Below, in pieces: positions 1 to 7,711 of a stretch of 20,000 nucleotides of DNA. The DNA is from an uncultured virus (IMG/VR IMGVR_UViG_3300031994_000100) (lineage: Duplodnaviria > Heunggongvirae > Uroviricota > Caudoviricetes). Under the pieces are notes generated by a model. The model searched no databases. It was given only the letters and a program-made list of their open reading frames with translations, and was not told where the DNA came from. Where the stretch lies: the IMG/VR virus record IMGVR_UViG_3300031994_000100, one strand, 5' to 3'. Numbering within the stretch: the stretch's first letter is position 1; each line of letters begins with the position of its first letter. A program made the translations under genes and the position numbers.

Positions 1-1
1 T

Positions 2-196
2 TTTCCAGTTTTTTTCAAAGCCTTTTCGTGTGTCATAAGGGATCGCAATCGCATCCATGTCCCTTCTTGAAATGCAAATACGACCTTTGCTGTCGTAAAG
101 CATCCATAAATCGTAACTTTCTCCTTGCCGGAACCCACATGAACCGTTTTTACCGAGAAAGACAGCTCTAATTTCAACAATCTTAGGCTTTGCCAT
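2..196 (-). CDS. Hypothetical phage protein, 3'-partial (MAKPKIVEIRAVFLGKNGSCGF...)
   Basis: Not in the ORF track. AGGAGGTG RBS precedes ATG at 196 and the frame stays open to the window edge. Confidence 0.75.
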   Translation of the reverse strand, partial: MAKPKIVEIRAVFLGKNGSCGFRQGESYDLWMLYDSKGRICISRRDMDAIAIPYDTRKGFEKNWK

Positions 197-229
197 ACGA
201 TGCACCTCCTTGCTGCCTTTCCGTGTTAT

Positions 230-382
230 CTAAGCGACAATCATTTCATCGGAATCTGGATGTTCAACAGTACAGTTCAGCGTTTCGAAATCTGTAGTAA
301 ACACTGTTATTTCAGCGTGTTCGATTCTTGAATTGTCTGGGATTTTCTTGTCGATTTCTTCTAACAATTCGTTTTTACTCAT
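230..382 (-). CDS. Small acidic hypothetical protein (50 aa, MSKNELLEEIDKK...)
   Basis: AGGAG RBS before ATG at 382. The longer track start (505) overlaps the upstream gene. Confidence 0.65.
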   Translation of the reverse strand: MSKNELLEEIDKKIPDNSRIEHAEITVFTTDFETLNCTVEHPDSDEMIVA

Positions 383-395
383 TGTGTTTACGCTC

Positions 396-740
396 CTATT
401 TAATTTTTCCATCTTTGCAGAAAAATGTTGGTTCCTTCGGCCGCATTGAATTATTGCACCACGATGTTTCCGACGAATACCATTTGCAATTCTTGCACCG
501 AACAATTGCTTCTGGCGCGTCCTCGATCAGTTTCCTCGCGCCGCCCGGAGGCCCCTGATGAGCCTTGTCATACGCTTCAAGTAATGCGGATCGGCTAATT
601 AAATCACCGCCATTCCTCATCGGCGCAGAATCTTCGGGCTTTTTGTTTGTGTACGAGTTGTACACGGCATCTTCTAAAGCCCATTCATAATTTTCTGGCA
701 CATCTTCATTTTCAAACCAATGTCTTTCTGTCAAGCCCAT
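396..740 (-). CDS. Phage hypothetical protein with C-terminal Cys cluster (VRCKNCKWY...C...FFC)
   Basis: DLISRSALLE and VRCxxCK motifs typical of small phage early proteins; in the gene chain. Confidence 0.8.
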   Translation of the reverse strand: MGLTERHWFENEDVPENYEWALEDAVYNSYTNKKPEDSAPMRNGGDLISRSALLEAYDKAHQGPPGGARKLIEDAPEAIVRCKNCKWYSSETSWCNNSMRPKEPTFFCKDGKIK

Positions 741-754
741 TTCACTTCACTGCC

Positions 755-994
755 TTATGTTGCGGGCATCAAAATGCTCTGCATGGGATAATGATTTGCG
801 TAATCCAACAAGCGAAGTCTTTCTTTTAAGTCTTCAATTGTTTGCGCCTGCTCTTTCAGTAGGGCAAGAGCGTCCGAGCAAAGCTCGTCGTTGCAACTTT
901 GTTCGTCCGGCAGGTTATGATACGGACAATCCTCACATTTCGATGGAGGGAAGTAGCATATCTCAAGCCCTTTGATAACCTTTTCCTTGTCCAT
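755..994 (-). CDS. Phage hypothetical Cys-containing protein
   Basis: MDKEKVIKGLEIC...CEDCPY...DALALLKEQ pattern; SD-like junction upstream. Confidence 0.8.
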   Translation of the reverse strand: MDKEKVIKGLEICYFPPSKCEDCPYHNLPDEQSCNDELCSDALALLKEQAQTIEDLKERLRLLDYANHYPMQSILMPAT

Positions 995-999
995 TCACT

Positions 1000-1332
1000 T
1001 CACCGCCATTCCTGCGTTGGTTTTGCAACGCAAATCCTCGCTTCTATTTCAGTAACATCTTCTATTGGCGCATACTTATTCTCGCTACTAAAAAATTCCA
1101 CAAATCCTTCGGCAACGAGTTTTCTTGCTATCCTGTTCGCCATATCTGCTTTCACAAATTCGATTTTACGAACGAGATAATGTGGAACAGTGTTTCTTAT
1201 CGCAAGCGTTTCGAAATCTCTGTGAATATTTGTAACAGGAACGGGAAATTTTAGTGCTTGTTCTGCTATGATTCGTCTTTTGATTTCTCTATACAAACGA
1301 TTTTGATTGCGCTTGTATGATTTTTTGCTCAT
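1000..1332 (-). CDS. Hypothetical protein with basic N-terminus
   Basis: 110-aa ORF tightly packed between neighbours. Confidence 0.75.
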   Translation of the reverse strand: MSKKSYKRNQNRLYREIKRRIIAEQALKFPVPVTNIHRDFETLAIRNTVPHYLVRKIEFVKADMANRIARKLVAEGFVEFFSSENKYAPIEDVTEIEARICVAKPTQEWR

Positions 1333-1339
1333 CTCAACT

Positions 1340-1549
1340 TCACCGCCTGTCTTTCGTTTCCGGATTCATAAACCAGTTAATATAACTATCTTCGCATTCC
1401 GGGCATATATATAGATCATCTCGCGCAGACCATTCAGCATGCTTTTTCCAGGGTAAAAGTCTTATACTTGCATATAGCGTCCTATGTGTAATCCATCCAT
1501 ATTCTTCCGTTATCTCTTTACCGCACCTGTCGCAAAACGTTTTAGTCAT
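1340..1549 (-). CDS. Zinc-ribbon protein
   Basis: CDRC...CPEC pairs. Confidence 0.8.
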   Translation of the reverse strand: MTKTFCDRCGKEITEEYGWITHRTLYASIRLLPWKKHAEWSARDDLYICPECEDSYINWFMNPETKDRR

Positions 1550-1580
1550 TCCTACTCCACCGCCTTTCTTCGCATTACTT

Positions 1581-1889
1581 CTATTCTTTTCTAAATACGT
1601 ATTTATATGTTTCCCACAATTTGCAAAACACTTTACGTAAGCACGCTACGAAAAATATCAAAACATAGCCCGGTAAAAGTAATAACGACATTGCAACAAT
1701 AACTATAGTTAATCCAGCAGAATTAAGTCGGTCTTCATTGTTTTCATAGAACACAGTCGTATACCAAAATGCTGTTTTAAGTGACAGTTCGTCATCGTCG
1801 CCTAATGCAAACATCATTTGTAAAAAACCGCCTATAAAACCACCCATTAAAATCCAAAAAGCTAAGATCCCTGTTTGTAAATCATTCAT
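1581..1889 (-). CDS. Hypothetical membrane protein
   Basis: Two long hydrophobic segments; ATGA overlap with the upstream gene. Confidence 0.75.
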   Translation of the reverse strand: MNDLQTGILAFWILMGGFIGGFLQMMFALGDDDELSLKTAFWYTTVFYENNEDRLNSAGLTIVIVAMSLLLLPGYVLIFFVACLRKVFCKLWETYKYVFRKE

Positions 1890-2155
1890 TTACGCTTTAC
1901 CGCCCTTCCGCATTCACCACAAAACTTGCTTATGTAACTGCGTCCGTAGCCGTCATCGTATCCTATAATATTTTTGCACCTCCCGCACAGTAGAATTCCA
2001 TGATCATTTATACATTCAACCGCTTCCGGCTCTTTCAACTGGTCGAGAGCATCCTGAGCTATTTGTTTAACCAATTCTGTATCAGAATAACCGTCGAGAA
2101 TATTGTCGTTACAGTAATTGATTAATTTTTCAAGTCGTTCGGCGATTCGTGTCAT
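1886..2155 (-). CDS. Zinc-ribbon protein
   Basis: CGRC...FCGECGRAVK; GGAGGA RBS. Confidence 0.8.
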   Translation of the reverse strand: MTRIAERLEKLINYCNDNILDGYSDTELVKQIAQDALDQLKEPEAVECINDHGILLCGRCKNIIGYDDGYGRSYISKFCGECGRAVKRK

Positions 2156-2474
2156 GTGATTTATCCTCCTTGATCACATTAAAGTGAACACGGTCTTTTT
2201 TAATCAGCTCTTCAACCGGCGTGTCCAAACGGAACACAAGCCCGTCTCCGTCATCCACCCCGGCGACGAGATCCCCGTCGATTACATTATCGCTGTTCAG
2301 ATAAAAATATAACTCCACAGCGGCGGCCATCAGCATTACGCCCGTCAGGATAATGATAATTCCGCGTCCGTACACGGCGAAAAATTCAACATATCCGGAC
2401 AAAACAGCGGCAGCAAGACAAAGTAAAAGAGACACAATAATTACCGACATGAAAATTCGTCTGTGCCCAAGCAT
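2130..2474 (-). CDS. Membrane protein (2 TM segments plus acidic soluble tail)
   Basis: AAGGAGGAG RBS; two hydrophobic helices. Confidence 0.75.
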   Translation of the reverse strand: MLGHRRIFMSVIIVSLLLCLAAAVLSGYVEFFAVYGRGIIIILTGVMLMAAAVELYFYLNSDNVIDGDLVAGVDDGDGLVFRLDTPVEELIKKDRVHFNVIKEDKSHDTNRRTT

Positions 2475-2492
2475 ACCGTTAATCTCCTCCTT

Positions 2493-2528
2493 AAAAAAAT
2501 GAAAAGGACAGTATTAAGTCCTTTCATT
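2493..2528 (-). terminator. Intrinsic terminator-like hairpin overlapping promoter motif copy C
   Basis: Minus strand ATGAAAGGAC-loop-GTCCTTTTCAT followed by a T run. Confidence 0.55.
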
Positions 2529-2550
2529 AAATGACGTGTAAATTTCGCGA
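2525..2550 (-). promoter_or_regulatory. TCGCG-N16-TAATG motif, copy C (putative phage promoter)
   Basis: TCGCG AAATTTACACGTCATT TAATG; same spacing as copies A and B. Confidence 0.6.
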
Positions 2551-2588
2551 AAAAAAAATAAGGGCAGTCGTTTTCACGACCGACCCTC
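2550..2588 (-). terminator. Intrinsic terminator at the end of the 2574-2885 gene
   Basis: Imperfect stem AGGG..GTCGT/ACGAC..CCCT followed by a 9-T run on the minus strand. Confidence 0.6.
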
Positions 2589-2885
2589 TTTGGAAATTTC
2601 TTTACGGACGCGCTTTAGCCACATGTACGTACTGCTTATAGAGTACGGTACACTGTACACCCAGGTCAGCCACGATACTGCCGTCCATTTGACTATTTCG
2701 AGCCAATGCGTCGAATCTTTTGTCTCGTCGGGCTCTATCTCCTGAACCACTTGGTTCTGGCGTTCGAGCCGTCCAGTTCCGACAACAATTCCGACGTACA
2801 TTCCGCTGATAAAGTCAACAGCGGACGCCAGTAACACGGCCAAGCCGCCAACAGTAAAGTACCACTCGATAAACTTCAGTAGCAT
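2574..2885 (-). CDS. Membrane protein (103 aa), moron-like
   Basis: AAGGAGG RBS precedes ATG at 2885, preferred over the track start at 2915; hydrophobic, Trp-rich segments. Confidence 0.75.
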   Translation of the reverse strand: MLLKFIEWYFTVGGLAVLLASAVDFISGMYVGIVVGTGRLERQNQVVQEIEPDETKDSTHWLEIVKWTAVSWLTWVYSVPYSISSTYMWLKRVRKEISKEGRS

Positions 2886-2912
2886 GCTTATCAGTCCTCC
2901 TTCCATTATTCC

Positions 2913-2938
2913 CATTAAAGGAGCTGATTTTTACGCGA
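2913..2938 (-). promoter_or_regulatory. TCGCG-N16-TAATG motif, copy B
   Basis: TCGCG TAAAAATCAGCTCCTT TAATG just upstream of the RBS. Confidence 0.6.
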
Positions 2939-2942
2939 AAAA

Positions 2943-3449
2943 TCACTCTTGCGCTTTCTTTGCGTAATAGGCGTAATTAGGCAAAGGCTGATATATCATT
3001 TGGAAACCAGGGTATCTTTCCTTAAACAATTCCGGCGTAAGGTCTTCCTGGATGTGTATTTCGTTTCGATTCCCATATGCCGCCCCTTGCCGATAAAGAA
3101 AAGGAACAGCTACAATAAGCTCCTTGCATCTCGGACTGGCATACTCTAGCACCTTTTGAGCATCCTCAACCGTCATGTGCTCGATGACGTCACCGAATAT
3201 GATAACATCATACCAGTCGTATTTAAAGTCAAGGATATCAGCGCACCATGTGTTGCGATATCTTGCGCATAGACGGTAGCGATCGATGTTCGGCTGGTAA
3301 ATCTCAACAGCATTCATCTTCAGCCAATCATGAAGATGGTCGTACCATATACCGTCGCACGCACCAACGTCGAGACAGGTAGAACCCTTCGGCACCTTTG
3401 CCTGAATCCACCCGGTTACAAATTCTTTTCCTTCACGAAAACTTCCCAT
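2943..3449 (-). CDS. Class I SAM-dependent methyltransferase (Methyltransf_11/23-like)
   Basis: Motif I LDVGACDG, acidic AVEI motif II, YDVIIFGDVIEH; GAGGAGG RBS. Confidence 0.88.
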   Translation of the reverse strand: MGSFREGKEFVTGWIQAKVPKGSTCLDVGACDGIWYDHLHDWLKMNAVEIYQPNIDRYRLCARYRNTWCADILDFKYDWYDVIIFGDVIEHMTVEDAQKVLEYASPRCKELIVAVPFLYRQGAAYGNRNEIHIQEDLTPELFKERYPGFQMIYQPLPNYAYYAKKAQE

Positions 3450-3480
3450 ATTTCCTCCTCAAAAATATAAAACGCACCTC

Positions 3481-3510
3481 TTGTGCCATCGTTCGTTGCC
3501 GTACTATAAT
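3481..3510 (+). promoter_or_regulatory. Putative sigma-A promoter for the attP-spanning ORF
   Basis: TTGTGC-N18-TATAAT; perfect -10, weak -35. Confidence 0.5.
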
Positions 3511-3552
3511 AAACAAGCGTCGCCCTTATTTGATCAAATTGGAGGTGTTTTT

Positions 3553-3822
3553 ATGCGGATCATCGATTGCCAAAAATATAATAAATCGATCGCCGAAGAA
3601 AGTGCACCTTCTACAAAAAGTCACGTAGCGCTTTATTTGACGGTCAACGAACAAAGACAATTGCGAATCCACGAAGTGTTACAAACCTGTCTCGGGTCTG
3701 CAAAACCTTTATTCTCCAGTTCGAATCTGGATGGCACCTCCAAAGTTATTGAGATTACTGCGTTTCAGCTTGGTCGGCGGGACGCAGTTTTCTCTTTTTT
3801 GGCGTTCAGACCTTTACCCTAA
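3553..3822 (+). CDS. Hypothetical 89-aa protein spanning attP (MRIIDCQKYNK...)
   Basis: GGAGGTG RBS at 3541-3547 before ATG 3553 and an upstream promoter. No recognisable domain; the 3' part overlaps the tRNA fragment and terminator. Confidence 0.45.
   Translation: MRIIDCQKYNKSIAEESAPSTKSHVALYLTVNEQRQLRIHEVLQTCLGSAKPLFSSSNLDGTSKVIEITAFQLGRRDAVFSFLAFRPLP
3656..3672 (+). repeat. 17-bp inverted repeat, left copy GACAATTGCGAATCCAC
   Basis: Exact reverse complement at 4775-4791. Confidence 0.9.
3695..3742 (+). other. attP: attP core: 3' half of tRNA-Cys(GCA)
   Basis: GGT-CTGCAAA-ACC anticodon loop, perfect T-arm TCCAG-TTCGAAT-CTGGA, acceptor 3' strand TGGCACC, T discriminator and CCA. The 5' half is absent. 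Lies about 80 bp from the int stop. Confidence 0.9.
3757..3800 (+). terminator. Intrinsic terminator downstream of the tRNA fragment
   Basis: ACTGCGT...ACGCAGT stem followed by TTTCTCTTTTTT. Would terminate the reconstituted host tRNA transcript after integration. Confidence 0.75.
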
Positions 3823-3825
3823 AAC

Positions 3826-4752
3826 TCACAGGCAAAGCGCAGCATACATCTCATCAAAGCCATCTCCGTAGAGGTGAATGTAGGTATTATACGTCACCTG
3901 AACGGAACTGTGTCCCATAAGCCGTGATAGTATTTTTACATTCACACCCTTGTAGAAGCAATTCGTCGCAAACGTATGTCTGAACGCATGCTCGCCATAG
4001 TATGGAACTCCGGCTTCGGAGCAGATCTTTTTAGTTTGGTACATCAGCTGCTTATAAGAGTAGCGACGCCCATTATGTTCAAAGACCCACTCCGTTTGCC
4101 GGCGTTCCTTCAAAATTTTCAGAATGGCCATGGCGCGCTTCGTCAACGGTACCAGGCGATTGCTTGACTTTGACTTCGGAGAATCCTGATAAAGCGCCTT
4201 CTTATTCGAGGTGGGGAAGACGATCGTGGCATGTACATGGAGCTTGTTTTTCTCCATCTCCACATCGCTCCATTTCAAAGCGAGCAGTTCGCCCGATCGC
4301 AGCCCCGTCTCGATAAGAAAGGCAACAGCGAGATAACCAGTTTTGTCAGGGTTACTCAGGACCAGAGAAAGCAGTCTATCCTGATCTTTCTGATCGTAAG
4401 CGGCAATGTCCTTGGTCTTCTTCTGTATTTTAGTTTCTGTAGGCAGTCTGACACCGATCGACGGGTCCGCTTTAATCAGCTGCATGGCCGCTGCCTGTTT
4501 CAAAGGCGAAGTGACAATTCGCAGCTGCTTTTTCACCCCGCTCATGCTATACCCGGAGTCTACGAGATCGTTAACATACCGTTGGATATCGAAAAAAGTG
4601 ATAGCGCCAATAGGTTTCTTAGCGATCTCGTAAGACTCGAGGGCGGTCCTTGATACTTTCAGTCGCTCGTAAGATGCAGCTTTGATCGTATTGCGTTTGA
4701 AAGTATCAAGCCAGGTGTCTATGAAATCCAGCAAGATAGTTGATTCGTCCAC
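3826..4752 (-). CDS. int: Tyrosine recombinase / phage integrase (probable GTG start 4752, about 308 aa; frame open to 4845)
   Basis: Catalytic R (TGLRSGE), K (PKSK), HxxR (HAFRHTFAT), H (MGHSS), Y (TYNTY); core-binding region upstream; AGGAGG RBS before GTG 4752. Confidence 0.95.
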   Translation of the reverse strand: MDESTILLDFIDTWLDTFKRNTIKAASYERLKVSRTALESYEIAKKPIGAITFFDIQRYVNDLVDSGYSMSGVKKQLRIVTSPLKQAAAMQLIKADPSIGVRLPTETKIQKKTKDIAAYDQKDQDRLLSLVLSNPDKTGYLAVAFLIETGLRSGELLALKWSDVEMEKNKLHVHATIVFPTSNKKALYQDSPKSKSSNRLVPLTKRAMAILKILKERRQTEWVFEHNGRRYSYKQLMYQTKKICSEAGVPYYGEHAFRHTFATNCFYKGVNVKILSRLMGHSSVQVTYNTYIHLYGDGFDEMYAALCL

Positions 4753-4774
4753 TTTGGTTTTTCCCTCCTGCAAA

Positions 4775-4791
4775 GTGGATTCGCAATTGTC
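4775..4791 (-). repeat. 17-bp inverted repeat, right copy, in the int 5' leader
   Basis: GTGGATTCGCAATTGTC on +; sits between the sigma-A promoter and the int RBS. Confidence 0.9.
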
Positions 4792-4812
4792 AAGGTGCAA
4801 AGGTTCGACCGA

Positions 4813-4842
4813 AGTATAGCTTTTTTGAATAAACACTGTCAA
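4813..4842 (-). promoter_or_regulatory. Sigma-A-type promoter for int
   Basis: TTGACA-N18-TATACT on the minus strand. Confidence 0.7.
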
Positions 4843-4850
4843 CACCTCCT

Positions 4851-4876
4851 CGTTAAGAAGAGGTGATTTTACGCGA
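4851..4876 (-). promoter_or_regulatory. TCGCG-N16-TAACG motif, copy A, upstream of int
   Basis: TCGCG TAAAATCACCTCTTCT TAACG. Confidence 0.55.
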
Positions 4877-4883
4877 GCGAGAA

Positions 4884-6923
<2,040 letters not shown>

Positions 6924-6959
6924 TTAATCACCTCTGTTCCAGGTAAGATAAATTAATCT

Positions 6960-7277
6960 TTATTTCTTCTCCAGATGCTCTTTCCAGAGAATTTCGACCT
7001 TTTCCTCGAGCGTAAGCTCTTTGGCAGCAGGCTTCTCGTCGAGGTTGACGTTGGCGTACTTCAGCAGCTCAGCCCAGGTCTCCGGACCGCACACGCCGTC
7101 GATCTCCAAGCCCTTCTCGTTTTGAAATTTCAGCAGCGCCGTACGGGTGCCAATATTGAAATGGCCGGAAGGCCGCACGCTGGATCCCCATTTTCCGAGC
7201 AGCTGCTGCATCTGGATTACCAGGTCGCCTTTCGTGCCCATGCAGAGCGTGGGATATGTAATCTTTTTCTTAGGCAT
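6960..7277 (-). CDS. Stand-alone peptidoglycan-binding (PG_binding_1-like) protein
   Basis: GTKGDLVIQMQQLL...T.TALLKFQ..KGLEIDGVCGPETW; AGGAGG RBS; no catalytic domain. Confidence 0.85.
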   Translation of the reverse strand: MPKKKITYPTLCMGTKGDLVIQMQQLLGKWGSSVRPSGHFNIGTRTALLKFQNEKGLEIDGVCGPETWAELLKYANVNLDEKPAAKELTLEEKVEILWKEHLEKK

Positions 7278-7412
7278 TTTTGTTACCTCCTGTTTGGTGA
7301 TTTAAATTATATGTTGCTATGTGAACCGTCCCCGCCAACTGTTCAAATCCCGCCGATCCTCTGAGAAGCTTCGTTTTTTCTTTCAGAAGAAGTGACTGCT
7401 CCTAAATATAAT

Positions 7413-7625
7413 TTAGGAAATCTTGCTGTAAGTATCGACGGTCGTGTTACCATTGGTGTAAGTGACAGTGAAGAACTGCACACCGTCGAAAGCAACGCCC
7501 TTCTGAACGTCAAGCGCGTTGCTCTGATAGATAACCATGATCTTGTCGTCATCTTCAGTAGCGACGGTAGAACGCATCCGAACCTGTTCCATAATCAGCC
7601 GGTTGAATTCATCGTAATTAAGCAT
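7413..7625 (-). CDS. Hypothetical protein (70 aa)
   Basis: AGGAGG RBS upstream; fills the gap on the coding strand. Confidence 0.65.
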   Translation of the reverse strand: MLNYDEFNRLIMEQVRMRSTVATEDDDKIMVIYQSNALDVQKGVAFDGVQFFTVTYTNGNTTVDTYSKIS

Positions 7626-7646
7626 TTGTTCAATAAACCTCCTGTA

Positions 7647-7711
7647 AATTAAATAAATTGAAGAGTTTCGGTCGTCGGGTCGACCGTAAGACTGATAGGG
7701 GTGATCAATCC
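7647..7711 (+). repeat. 65-bp direct repeat, copy 2 (3' end of the 537-aa gene)
   Basis: 63/65 identical to 4882-4946. Confidence 0.92.

Noticed and set aside
230..505. Track starts at 505, 2915, 3481 and 15514
   Set aside because: Downstream starts (382, 2885, 3553, 15490) have better RBS placement or gene coupling.
3474..3739. GCACCT at 3474, 3604 and 3734, exactly 130 bp apart
   Set aside because: Only a hexamer, one copy is dictated by the tRNA acceptor stem, and the period does not continue; probably chance.
3660..3742. Complete phage tRNA-Cys gene
   Set aside because: No 5' acceptor strand (GGTGCCA) or D-arm upstream of the anticodon arm; it is an att fragment.
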